Of a stretch of 20,000 bases of DNA, positions 1 to 8,894 are shown in pieces. The position numbers and the translations under genes were made by a program. Each line of letters begins with the position of its first letter. Position 1 is the stretch's first letter. The notes beneath the pieces are model-generated. The model saw nothing but the letters and a program-made list of their open reading frames with translations. It made no database searches and was not told where the DNA came from. The DNA comes from an uncultured virus (IMG/VR IMGVR_UViG_3300020051_001048). Lineage: Duplodnaviria > Heunggongvirae > Uroviricota > Caudoviricetes. Where the stretch lies: the IMG/VR virus record IMGVR_UViG_3300020051_001048; one strand, 5' to 3'.

Positions 1-346
1 ATTTTAATGTTTGTATGGCTGGATTAAATCTTTCAACCATACCTACTATAACCTTGTCGTCTAACATTATTTCATTAACGTGCGAAGCGGTCAAGGCTAC
101 AGGCTTTTCTATGAAAATATATCCATCATAACCAGAGTCTCTAACTTTTTTGTAGATATCATAATGGCTATACTCAGGAGATGCTATTAACACTCTATCA
201 AAACTTGGCGACTGTTCAATATGTGACTCTTTTTCTTTTGGACCCGTTCCTTGAGGGTCGCACCATCGCCATTTTATATTATTTTTCGTTAAATATTTAG
301 CGTGAATTTTTCCTATATTGCCTAATCCAATAATCAAACACTCCAC
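1..346 (-). CDS. Gfo/Idh/MocA family NAD(P)-dependent oxidoreductase (probable nucleotide-sugar dehydrogenase), 3'-truncated by the window edge
   Basis: Not in the ORF track. My translation from GTG at 346 (AGGAG at 354-358) gives MECLIIGLGNIGKIHAKYL...DRVLIASPEYSHY...IFIEKPVALT...VIVGMVERFNPAIQTLK, open to the window edge. It has a Rossmann GxGxxG, the EKP motif and VGxVERFNPA typical of this family. Confidence 0.85.
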   Translation of the reverse strand, partial: MECLIIGLGNIGKIHAKYLTKNNIKWRWCDPQGTGPKEKESHIEQSPSFDRVLIASPEYSHYDIYKKVRDSGYDGYIFIEKPVALTASHVNEIMLDDKVIVGMVERFNPAIQTLK

Positions 347-1182
347 ATTAAATCTCCTATTAGCTTGTTTATATATTGACTATAATGTTCATATGGTCTA
401 TGACTATGATACTCAGAATAATGTCCACTTCTTAGTTTTTCAGTATCATAGTTAACATTTTGTCCACCCCTGTCAATTCTGCTAGGATGCCAGTAATCGT
501 AGAAAAATTCTGACAAGTGAAATATATCTTCTTTTTCGTGAGAAAATATAAAATCAGACGAATAACACTCATCAAGTCCCCAAAAAGTCTGCTGGTTTGT
601 GTGATGGTATTTATTCCTATGAGAAAAAACTTTAGTAATTTCTTTTTCCCAGTCGTCTTCAATCTTGTACACTTCTTTATATAGACTACCTTTTGCCACA
701 TGATGAGAAGAAGGAAAGTAAGAAGCAGGAGATCGTTTAACTAGCGGAGAGTCATTGTCGGGAGAAAACATGTAACCTAAAGTTTGAGGTGTATAGTTTT
801 TATATGCATCAGCAAAACCTATTACGTATTTGTCTTCATCAACATTTTTAACATAATCCAAAAAAAAGTTGGTTAGCAATAGTTGGTCAATGCCACACGT
901 CATACAGACTTCTGACGGAAATTTCGCTGCCGCCCAAAAAATCGACCAAGTTACAGACCAATCAAGGTTTTTATATACAGAAACGCTATCCACAACTGGT
1001 ACTACTATTATTTCCCCGTACTTGTCAGATAGGTTTAAATCTTTTAGTTCTTGATGTGTTCCATTAAAAACTAATGTCGGTGTAATATTCCACTTTTCTT
1101 GCCAAACTCTAGAATATAAATTCCAAAAGCTAGAATATATAATATTATTATTCAAGCAAAGCATTACTCTATCTATTTTCAT
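334..1182 (-). CDS. Hypothetical protein, possibly a glycosyltransferase-like enzyme
   Basis: 282 aa ORF overlapping both neighbours. CGIDQ lies where a DxD-like motif might sit; also HHVAKG, WGLDE and YHSHRP. Context is a GT cluster. No family recognised with certainty. Confidence 0.5.
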   Translation of the reverse strand: MKIDRVMLCLNNNIIYSSFWNLYSRVWQEKWNITPTLVFNGTHQELKDLNLSDKYGEIIVVPVVDSVSVYKNLDWSVTWSIFWAAAKFPSEVCMTCGIDQLLLTNFFLDYVKNVDEDKYVIGFADAYKNYTPQTLGYMFSPDNDSPLVKRSPASYFPSSHHVAKGSLYKEVYKIEDDWEKEITKVFSHRNKYHHTNQQTFWGLDECYSSDFIFSHEKEDIFHLSEFFYDYWHPSRIDRGGQNVNYDTEKLRSGHYSEYHSHRPYEHYSQYINKLIGDLMWSV

Positions 1183-2020
1183 CTAAAATCTCCAATATTC
1201 TTTGTGTCCTATTTTTATATGTATGGTTTTGTTTAACTAAGTTATAACCCGCCTTGCTAATGTCTTCTCTATAAGTATGATTTTGGATGGCGTGTTTTGC
1301 ATAGCCAACCATTTGAATAGAATCTTGATAAATTAAACAATTTTCCCCGTGTATAATACCTAGTTCTGCATAGTCTGGATGTGCCGATGTGAGCAAACAA
1401 GTATGACATCCCATAGTCTCAAAGTTCCGATAATTAATATCTACGCTAATATTTGCGTTCCAGTGTATCTGGTAAGAGTTAATCGCTCTAACCATATCAT
1501 CACCGATAACCATTTCGTCAAATACAAATCCCGGAACATTTGCTTTCATTAAATCAATTTGTAATTTTCTGTTTACTACGTTTCCGCAAAAGCCAATCGG
1601 AATACGATTATAGTAACTATTTTCTATTGGATGTAATAGAGTATCGTCGTAACAGTTTGGTAGCCAGCACCCGTCTTTAGCAAATTTTTTTGTAGCATGT
1701 AGAACCTTGTCAAATCCATATTGTTCATAAACCTGTGGACCCTTGCAATGTGCGTCAATTGCCCAGATAAATTTCTTGGTGTGTACTTTACTCATGTCTG
1801 GCATCCAGTCCCAGTTTTCAATCGCAAACACCAAATCAAAGTGACTGAAGTATTGGTCGTACATTCGCTGGTCTGGATTTGGATCGAAATCATCGTGACC
1901 CTTTCCCCAAATTTCTACTGTAGCACCATGATACTCAAATCCACGCTTGAGACAAAAGCACTCTCTAAAGTTCCTATTTTTTTCATGGTGACCGTTTTCT
2001 TGGATAATTAAAATGTTCAA
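1169..2020 (-). CDS. CgeB-like (Glyco_trans_1_2) GT-B glycosyltransferase
   Basis: IGFCGN...R, INYRNFETMGCHTCLLT, HGENCLIY and C-terminal GYNLVKQNHTYKNRTQRIL match the CgeB-type C-terminal domain pattern. Confidence 0.75.
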   Translation of the reverse strand: MNILIIQENGHHEKNRNFRECFCLKRGFEYHGATVEIWGKGHDDFDPNPDQRMYDQYFSHFDLVFAIENWDWMPDMSKVHTKKFIWAIDAHCKGPQVYEQYGFDKVLHATKKFAKDGCWLPNCYDDTLLHPIENSYYNRIPIGFCGNVVNRKLQIDLMKANVPGFVFDEMVIGDDMVRAINSYQIHWNANISVDINYRNFETMGCHTCLLTSAHPDYAELGIIHGENCLIYQDSIQMVGYAKHAIQNHTYREDISKAGYNLVKQNHTYKNRTQRILEILDENR

Positions 2021-2643
2021 AATTGCGTAACCTCATTTTCATCGTACACCTGACCAACAAAATCTTGTAAATTTTTCCTTGGGGTTGGGAATGGTTTTCT
2101 TTCAAAGTATTCGTCGTGGACTATGCTATCATCTTTTACTAAAGGATATACTATCTCTCGTAAAAAGTTTTGATCTACCTGATATTTATTATCATACGAC
2201 CCAGTATTGTAGTTAGCTATCATGTCCTTAATTCCATTTAAAAGACCATTGCGAACCCCCCACATACCGCCAAGAATCTCTGTCTTATGATATGGGTGGT
2301 CACGCATAATGTGGAAGTCTTTGTCACTGGCAAGCCATTCATCAACGGCGGCTTTTTCTCTAGTTCCAAGACGAGAGTCTGTATCTCTAGAGATCATAAT
2401 ATCGTCACTGTCGGCAGCGAAAAAACGCCAGAACATTCCATTCCAACTTGAGCCATCCATTTTACAGACTTCTGCACCATTGTCAATAAGTTGATTTTCA
2501 ATATCTTCTGAAACATCATCGCCAGTGTAGAATCTACAAATCCAGCCCGGATAAATTTCTTTTGCTAATTCTGTGTTACGTATAGCACCTATTGTATATT
2601 TCGGATTTTTACCCCACAAACTAAATGCAATAACTTTAGTCAT
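2017..2643 (-). CDS. Conserved hypothetical protein, putative GT-A glycosyltransferase
   Basis: FSLWGKNPKYTIGAIRN, MFWRF, ISRDTDSRL (DxD), FHIMRDHPYH, ILGGMWG, DQNFL. I recall this motif set from glycan loci; the function is inferred. Confidence 0.6.
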   Translation of the reverse strand: MTKVIAFSLWGKNPKYTIGAIRNTELAKEIYPGWICRFYTGDDVSEDIENQLIDNGAEVCKMDGSSWNGMFWRFFAADSDDIMISRDTDSRLGTREKAAVDEWLASDKDFHIMRDHPYHKTEILGGMWGVRNGLLNGIKDMIANYNTGSYDNKYQVDQNFLREIVYPLVKDDSIVHDEYFERKPFPTPRKNLQDFVGQVYDENEVTQF

Positions 2644-3352
2644 TTGTTATCCTTTGCTTAGGAAATCCCAACTCTTTTCTCTTCTCAAAAACCATTTGGT
2701 CTCTACCAGCATAATGTAGAGTTTTCTTAGCTGATAGATCAAAGTCTCCCGAATTACTATTTCCTTCTTCGCCGTAATGCTCATGTTTAATTATAATGCG
2801 GTCAATATATTTAGCTCTGTTAAGTCTATATACCTGCTGAGTAAATTCATCATCGCAATATAAACTCTTATAATCTGGATGGTAAATATATCCGAAATAA
2901 TCATATAGCTTTCTACCCAATATAGAAAGAGTTATCAACTTTCCTTTTTGATGCCCGTCAGAATAATGAAGGGCGCCATCTCTGTGTGGGAAATGAGTTT
3001 GCATATCTGTAGCGATAATGTCATCCCACCCCTCTTCCTGCGGTATCATATCATCTGATGCGCAAATTACAATATCAAAATCAAAAAATCTTGCGTCAAT
3101 ATGGCTGTTGATAGCGGATATCTTGGTCGTATTTTTATCAAACTTTAAACTAAATGTACAATTATCTTTTTCTTGAAACAAACCGCAGACATCTGCTACA
3201 AATTTACTGTTATTACAGAGATCGTCGTCTTCGTCACAGTTAATATTAAAATGTAGCTCATGTTTAGAGCTATACGTAGAGAGATATTTTTCTAGGCACT
3301 TAGTAAATTTCTCAGGTCTAGCATATGTAGGAAACTGAATCAATATTTTCAT
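2636..3352 (-). CDS. Glycosyltransferase family 2 (GT-A fold)
   Basis: N-terminal ILIQFPTYARP, KISAIN, IVICASDDMIP (DxD-like), YKSLYCDDEFT, IIKHEH. Confidence 0.75.
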   Translation of the reverse strand: MKILIQFPTYARPEKFTKCLEKYLSTYSSKHELHFNINCDEDDDLCNNSKFVADVCGLFQEKDNCTFSLKFDKNTTKISAINSHIDARFFDFDIVICASDDMIPQEEGWDDIIATDMQTHFPHRDGALHYSDGHQKGKLITLSILGRKLYDYFGYIYHPDYKSLYCDDEFTQQVYRLNRAKYIDRIIIKHEHYGEEGNSNSGDFDLSAKKTLHYAGRDQMVFEKRKELGFPKQRITND

Positions 3353-4206
3353 TTAACTTTTTCTTCAATCTTTTTGAGTAGTTGTTTGGATCTGACGTTA
3401 GAGGTGTGCTTCAGCATCACTTGGCTCTTAATCTTTTCTAAAATATTTGACTCATCAACATCTTCTTCATCTAGTATTTCAGACAAGAACTTTGATAAAT
3501 TTTCTGAGTCTTGTATTTTCAGCGAAACATCTTCTGAATTTAAAATGCTATCAAAGAAAATCTGACCACATAGATCTTTTGTTTTCCCGCACAATGTAAT
3601 ATTCTTATAATTTCTATATATTGGTTTCATTGTGACGGTGTTTACAAAGAAGTCAAAATCGGGATCTTTCTCATGACTAATTTTAATCTTATGGTATACT
3701 TCTTTTTTTGAACATAATTTTTGATATTCTTCAGAGTTTTCAACGGCGAGAACAGCACTGTCAATATTAAATTTAGGTGTTGATATTTGAATTTCATCAA
3801 TGTTAGCTGCTGGTAGAAGTTTAAACAGTTCGTGTTTTTTTGGTTTTACTGATTCCATGAAGTCATAAGCATTAGAAATCATAAACAAACAATTTATATT
3901 AAATTGATCTATAATGCTCTCTAATTTGTCTAAATCTTCTTGAGATTCCAAGCCGCTAATACTGAGAATTACTTTGATGTTTTTTTCTTGATTTGTTGAT
4001 AGATACTTAACAATATCTTTGTTCATAAGCCCAAAGTGACAGATAAGAATGTCTGGCTCAGTTCTATCTAACATATCATATGCGCTGTAACGGTTTACCT
4101 CCCATAGTCCGCTCTGGTGATCTGACGGATGGCTATTGATTCCATTGCTTAGATAGTATGGCTCACTAGAAGTTGGGGTTGTATAATTTTGTATTAGAAT
4201 TTTCAT
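3349..4206 (-). CDS. Hypothetical protein, possibly a divergent GT-B/CgeB-like fold
   Basis: 285 aa. Starts MKILIQN, has EPDILICH, and ends KHTSNVRSKQLLKKI, resembling the end of the CgeB-like gene at 1169-2020 (NHTYKNRTQRILEIL). Confidence 0.45.
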   Translation of the reverse strand: MKILIQNYTTPTSSEPYYLSNGINSHPSDHQSGLWEVNRYSAYDMLDRTEPDILICHFGLMNKDIVKYLSTNQEKNIKVILSISGLESQEDLDKLESIIDQFNINCLFMISNAYDFMESVKPKKHELFKLLPAANIDEIQISTPKFNIDSAVLAVENSEEYQKLCSKKEVYHKIKISHEKDPDFDFFVNTVTMKPIYRNYKNITLCGKTKDLCGQIFFDSILNSEDVSLKIQDSENLSKFLSEILDEEDVDESNILEKIKSQVMLKHTSNVRSKQLLKKIEEKVK

Positions 4207-4934
4207 ACCGAGTCCTTTATACTTTTTAAGTTATTATATTTCTTTACTTGTCTTTCTAGATTTTTTATAACAGCTACTTCATAGTTTCTTGAGAAGTCAT
4301 TTATGGCTTCAAATAAAAATTTTGTCTTATAGTTAATATTAGAAATTATTTCATAAAATTTATTTACTTCTCTTTCACCGCATAGATAAAAATTCTCAAT
4401 CCAATAGTTATCTTTTAATCCAAGTGAAAGATTTTGCAATTTATAATTGTGGTTTATAGCTGAAATTTCAAACAGAGAATTAGAATTAGTATCTTGAGTT
4501 ATGATTGAATTTTTAGTATAGTCAATCTGCGAGTAATTCTCTTTAGAAAGTATTGTATTACATTGCTGTATGAAGATCCTAGAATTATTAGTATTTCCCA
4601 AACATAGTCTAATACTTTCACAACAATTAGTATTGTAATGTATCTGATTTTCAACAACTCTTACGTTATCAAATAATCCATCTTTAATGTGGCTATTTAT
4701 TTTAAATGACTCAAACCCCGTACATACGATTATTTCATAATTTACAAAACAAGACTTGATTGTTTCAATTTGTTTTTCCAGAATGGTCTTTTCACCAATC
4801 TTAATCATTGGGATTGGGCCATGAGACTTCATTCTATATCCATGATTTTCAGCAAGAATTATAAAGGTTATAAACTCTTTTATATCCTTGCGTTGCCTAT
4901 TTCTAGGGCTTGTTATACAGAATTTATTTTTCAT
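4203..4934 (-). CDS. Sugar-phosphate nucleotidyltransferase-like protein (NTP_transferase/LicC-like fold), signature motif degenerate
   Basis: FIILAENHGYRMKSHGPIPMIKIGEKTILEKQIETI...EIIVCTGF...VVENQIHYNTNCCESIRL parallels IILAAGxGxRM...PKxLxxIxxKxIL...IIVVxGY...N..Y..TN...S. Confidence 0.65.
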   Translation of the reverse strand: MKNKFCITSPRNRQRKDIKEFITFIILAENHGYRMKSHGPIPMIKIGEKTILEKQIETIKSCFVNYEIIVCTGFESFKINSHIKDGLFDNVRVVENQIHYNTNCCESIRLCLGNTNNSRIFIQQCNTILSKENYSQIDYTKNSIITQDTNSNSLFEISAINHNYKLQNLSLGLKDNYWIENFYLCGEREVNKFYEIISNINYKTKFLFEAINDFSRNYEVAVIKNLERQVKKYNNLKSIKDSV

Positions 4935-5670
4935 TGATATTTTTATAAAATTGAGATCCTTTAATCATCTTTCTAATATCTGATTCCATCATATCGTAAT
5001 TATTGAAATCTAGATAACGAGATTTAACAATTTTTGAGGATATGGTGAGGTTTCCGCTTGAATCTTCAAACACAAGTATCTTTTCTAAATCTTTATTTAT
5101 AGAAGCGTTTATATTACTTAAATAGTTTTTGTCTATTGTAGAACCCGCTTTGAGTTGCATGAGATAATTAGACTTTGATAGATATTTAAACGAATCAAAG
5201 TCTTTGATGTGTTGAACATTATTAAAATTGAATACAACTTTATTATTAATATCTTCTGCTTTTAATTGATGAGAAAGCAATACAAATTTTGATACTTCTT
5301 CTTTTTTTGCGGTACACTGTACTACTACGGCAAATTTGTTCTTAGGGTAGTCAATATTTTTTATAGAATCAATTGACTTTTGCATGTCCTCAAGGCTATC
5401 TTTTACAACAAGCACGATACCAACAGATGGATAAATATTTAGCAGGTCTTCTTCAAGTGAAGAGTCTTTATTGTTATTTAGATTGCAAACTCTACTTATA
5501 CTGTAAAATTTACCTTCTTCATTTATCTCTGCTTGTTGGTTTTCTTTAAACTTATCTAGTCTATTCGCAGAGCATCCTACTTGAATATTTTCTACTATAG
5601 CATACTTACACCCTTCACAGGAAGTTGTTATACTAAGATCTGACTGCTGAGATTTCATATCTAAATCCAT
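4924..5670 (-). CDS. Hypothetical protein: Cys-rich N-terminus plus a possible degenerate GT-A-like domain
   Basis: CEGCKYA...GC...RVC, then PSVGIVLVVKDSLEDMQKSIDSIKNIDYPKNKFAVVV, which resembles a GT2 N-terminus. No DxD. The start could be ATG at 5658. Confidence 0.5.
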   Translation of the reverse strand: MDLDMKSQQSDLSITTSCEGCKYAIVENIQVGCSANRLDKFKENQQAEINEEGKFYSISRVCNLNNNKDSSLEEDLLNIYPSVGIVLVVKDSLEDMQKSIDSIKNIDYPKNKFAVVVQCTAKKEEVSKFVLLSHQLKAEDINNKVVFNFNNVQHIKDFDSFKYLSKSNYLMQLKAGSTIDKNYLSNINASINKDLEKILVFEDSSGNLTISSKIVKSRYLDFNNYDMMESDIRKMIKGSQFYKNINEK

Positions 5671-6058
5671 TCATTTTAGAGTGTACGACGGTGAGGTTTA
5701 AAGATTTTACAATGTTTTCTGCTGATGCGAGATTCATCATAGACTTTACCTTTGAAACACAATCTCTTGCGCTTGATTCATCTATAACATTGTTTGTTAC
5801 ATTCTTGCAGAACATTCTTAAATCAATTCCACCCACCACAATCCTACCATTAACTCTTAGTTTATTTGTTATAGCCATCAGGTTTTCACCTAAAGCTTCT
5901 GGTTCAGAGTCATCTATAATATTTTGAGCAATGATTAATTCGCACTCATTGTCGGAGAACTCTTGTAGCTTTTGTGTCAGTGGGACATAATCCATTTTAA
6001 CATAATTAAATCCACCGATAGGTGCTTCATCTTTCGTAAGAATTTGTAATTTTGTCAT
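5633..6058 (-). CDS. Truncated/degenerate class I SAM-dependent methyltransferase-like protein
   Basis: FSDNECELIIAQNIID...LMAITNKLRVNGRIVVGGID resembles the FxDxSxDxIxAxxVLEH...RVLKPGGxLxIxxPD pattern. No GxG SAM motif visible. Confidence 0.5.
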   Translation of the reverse strand: MTKLQILTKDEAPIGGFNYVKMDYVPLTQKLQEFSDNECELIIAQNIIDDSEPEALGENLMAITNKLRVNGRIVVGGIDLRMFCKNVTNNVIDESSARDCVSKVKSMMNLASAENIVKSLNLTVVHSKMNGFRYEISAVRS

Positions 6059-6065
6059 TTTATTC

Positions 6066-7052
6066 CTATAGTATAGAAGATTGATAAATCTGATTAAAAA
6101 TCGTATTCCATTTTTCCGTAAAGTTTTCAGTTGTAAATCTACTTAACACTGTAGACCTAGCAGCTTTACCCATTTCTACTGCCATCTCTGGATTATTTAG
6201 TAGCTGTTCTACATATCCACGTAGTTCTTGTTCATCGTTTGATATAAAACCATTTTTCCCATGTTCAATAATTTTTGGTATTTCACATGTAGCGGTACTG
6301 ACAATCGCACAACCACAAGACATGGCCTCTAATAGAGCCGTAGGGAGCGGACTGAAGGTAGACGTATTAAGGAATACCGATGAAGACTGATATCCCTTTA
6401 CAAGCTCTTGAACCGAACTAGCGGCTTCAGAAAGACCCGGAGTATTTCCAATAACTTTCACTGGAAGCCCCTTTGTAATTCTTTGCCACCCAGAAAAGTT
6501 AAGACAATAATCTCTATTAATAAAATCGTTAGCTACGCTCAATACAACGTTGTCTCTTTTCTCTTCGCTAGAACAAAATGTTTCTGAGTCAACATTATGT
6601 GGAGCAACAATTCCATCACTAGAAAATCCCCAAGCATCTTTATTATACTCTGTATTAAATATGTTTAGGTGTCCTTTTATGGATTTTAAATAATTAACTT
6701 GCTCATTTGTCATATTTGGCGTAGGTACTGTATGCTCCATGCAAATTATTGGCAATTTAAAGGTTTTAGAAATATCAAACGCAATTTGCAGTTGACCAAA
6801 TTTACTTTGAGCTAAAATAAAGTCTAAATCAAGACCTTGAGGAATAGTATTTTCTGGTAAGATGTAATAGTTACTTGGTATTTTTGCGTAGTTTTCGTCC
6901 CACTTCTTACCTTTATTGTGATCGAAACAATAAAAATTGTGACCCGTTAGACATAAATCTGATTCGTATCTTTCATGCGTAGCAAAGGTTAAGATATTAT
7001 ATTTATCCTTTTTGCTTAATTTAGATAAAATCTGTAGCGTTTGATTACTCAT
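6066..7052 (-). CDS. Glycosyltransferase family 4 (GT-B)
   Basis: VFLNTSTFSPLPTALLEAMSCGCAIVSTATCEIPKIIEHGKNGFI and MGKAARSTVLSRFT form the GT4 C-terminal signature. Confidence 0.85.
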   Translation of the reverse strand: MSNQTLQILSKLSKKDKYNILTFATHERYESDLCLTGHNFYCFDHNKGKKWDENYAKIPSNYYILPENTIPQGLDLDFILAQSKFGQLQIAFDISKTFKLPIICMEHTVPTPNMTNEQVNYLKSIKGHLNIFNTEYNKDAWGFSSDGIVAPHNVDSETFCSSEEKRDNVVLSVANDFINRDYCLNFSGWQRITKGLPVKVIGNTPGLSEAASSVQELVKGYQSSSVFLNTSTFSPLPTALLEAMSCGCAIVSTATCEIPKIIEHGKNGFISNDEQELRGYVEQLLNNPEMAVEMGKAARSTVLSRFTTENFTEKWNTIFNQIYQSSIL

Positions 7053-8184
7053 TTATCGCTCCCTTCATTAGTTCTGCAACGTTTTTATAGGAGAATTGTT
7101 CTGCTCTCTTCAGTCCAGCAGCCTGATTCCTAGACTTATAGGAAATACTATCCTTTTTCCAAGAGTTATACAGTCTTCTCATTTGTTCTTTAATATCTTT
7201 CTCTGACGGCTGAAACCAATACTCCCTTCCGGTAAAGAGGTCTTGAAATGCTGCATCATCACATCTACAGATAGTTGAAACTCCATTAGCCAAGAATCCA
7301 GTTCTCCAATCATTCCTATCAATAAAATCTCTAGGTCCACCAAAATTAGAGCAGATTGGAGTGTTGCCAAAGCACATTGCTTCAAATGATGGGATAGACC
7401 AAGCTTCTCCGTGAGACGGACATATGAAACAATCGCAATACTGATGTAGCGCGTATAACTCTTCTTCTTTAATTTTAGAAGGCACTATAACTGGTCTTTT
7501 GTAGTCTGTCGAATTTCTATATAGACGCACATCTTTTTGGACTTTCGCAGATAGATTATTAACTAGCTCTTCCATCATTTTTGGATCGTGACCAAATTTA
7601 CTAACTTTAAGTATTAGAGCTACATCTTCTGAAGATTCAAATTCTGAATAAAAACAAGCAAGAATAGACTCAAGATTTTTTCTCTTATTTACATCTCCAA
7701 TATAGTAAAATTTGAATTTACCCTCTACGTTGGGTACTTTTATGTCGCCATATCTCCGTTTATATTTTTCTAATTCAAAAGTATGTGGAATCACTTTAAC
7801 CGGGATGCCGATTTCATCTTCAATTAAAGAATTTTTAAGTTGTTCATTTGGAACCCATACCTCATCCATCATTTTAAGGTTTTCTAACCAAGCGAGACCT
7901 TTAATACTGGTTGATTCGGAAGCAAAAAAAGCAATATTCTTTTTAAGCTTGTTATATTTAACAAGATAGTGCGGTAGAACATGTTGAATACAAATATCAC
8001 AATCAGAAGAATCTTTCTTCTCTAGCGCTAGAAGTCTGCTATCAACATCTTCTTTGTCACTAGTCAAAGTAACATTTCTGCAAACAACATCAACACCATT
8101 TTTGTCTAAGGCTAGTATATAGTCGGTTGCAGCCTGAGACCAGCCACCAAATTCCTTGTAATGTCCTATGTATAATATTTTCAT
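7045..8184 (-). CDS. Glycosyltransferase family 4 (GT-B)
   Basis: DEVWVPN, FYYIGDVNKRKNL, CDCFICPSHGEAWSIPSFEAMCFGNTPICSNFGG (E-x7-E motif). Confidence 0.88.
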   Translation of the reverse strand: MKILYIGHYKEFGGWSQAATDYILALDKNGVDVVCRNVTLTSDKEDVDSRLLALEKKDSSDCDICIQHVLPHYLVKYNKLKKNIAFFASESTSIKGLAWLENLKMMDEVWVPNEQLKNSLIEDEIGIPVKVIPHTFELEKYKRRYGDIKVPNVEGKFKFYYIGDVNKRKNLESILACFYSEFESSEDVALILKVSKFGHDPKMMEELVNNLSAKVQKDVRLYRNSTDYKRPVIVPSKIKEEELYALHQYCDCFICPSHGEAWSIPSFEAMCFGNTPICSNFGGPRDFIDRNDWRTGFLANGVSTICRCDDAAFQDLFTGREYWFQPSEKDIKEQMRRLYNSWKKDSISYKSRNQAAGLKRAEQFSYKNVAELMKGAINE

Positions 8185-8192
8185 AAAATTAT

Positions 8193-8858
8193 TTATCCTA
8201 AGTTATTGTTTTTGTAAAGAATATCTTCTTGCCATCCTTTTAAATTAGGATTATTTTGATTTGAAAAATTATTATCTTTTAAAAAGCTGTTTAATTCTTC
8301 AAACATAACTTGACCAGAATAGATTTCTTTATATGTTACTTCAGTATATATATATTTAACATTTTTCAGGTAGTCACCAAGACCTTTAAGTGCTAACATC
8401 TCAGCGCCTTGAAGATCCATCCATATAATGTCTACGTTTTCAACGCCATGTTTTTGCATTACACTGTCTAACCTATGACAATTTACGTTTATTTTGTATT
8501 GAGGAAGGCTTTCCGCAGTATAAGTTCCATTGTGTTGGAACATGGATGACGCTCCCGGATTTCCGTCTGCGTGAACTGTTTCATTTTTTTCTTGGTCTAT
8601 AGGATAAAAATCAACTGTGCCGTCATAGTCGCATACAGCACCTTCTATTAACTTCACCCTGTCTCCAACTTTGTAATTTTTTATATTGTTTTTACAAATA
8701 TCTAACGTGTTTGGATTGCACTCAAAAGAATATATATTAGAGTTTGGGAAAGCATAATACAACTCTATGCTTTGCATACAATCTCTAGCTCCAACATCCA
8801 GTATATTGTACTTTAAATTTCTATTTAAGTCTATATTGTAAATTAGATTTTCAATCAT
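8193..8858 (-). CDS. FkbM family methyltransferase
   Basis: ILDVGARD, IYSFECNP, GAVCDYDG, GASS, VNCHRLD, VDIIWMDLQGAEMLALKG, YIYTEV. GAGGA SD lies upstream. Confidence 0.9.
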   Translation of the reverse strand: MIENLIYNIDLNRNLKYNILDVGARDCMQSIELYYAFPNSNIYSFECNPNTLDICKNNIKNYKVGDRVKLIEGAVCDYDGTVDFYPIDQEKNETVHADGNPGASSMFQHNGTYTAESLPQYKINVNCHRLDSVMQKHGVENVDIIWMDLQGAEMLALKGLGDYLKNVKYIYTEVTYKEIYSGQVMFEELNSFLKDNNFSNQNNPNLKGWQEDILYKNNNLG

Positions 8859-8894
8859 TATTTTCCTCTAGTTTGAGTTCTGTTTTTTATTGGT

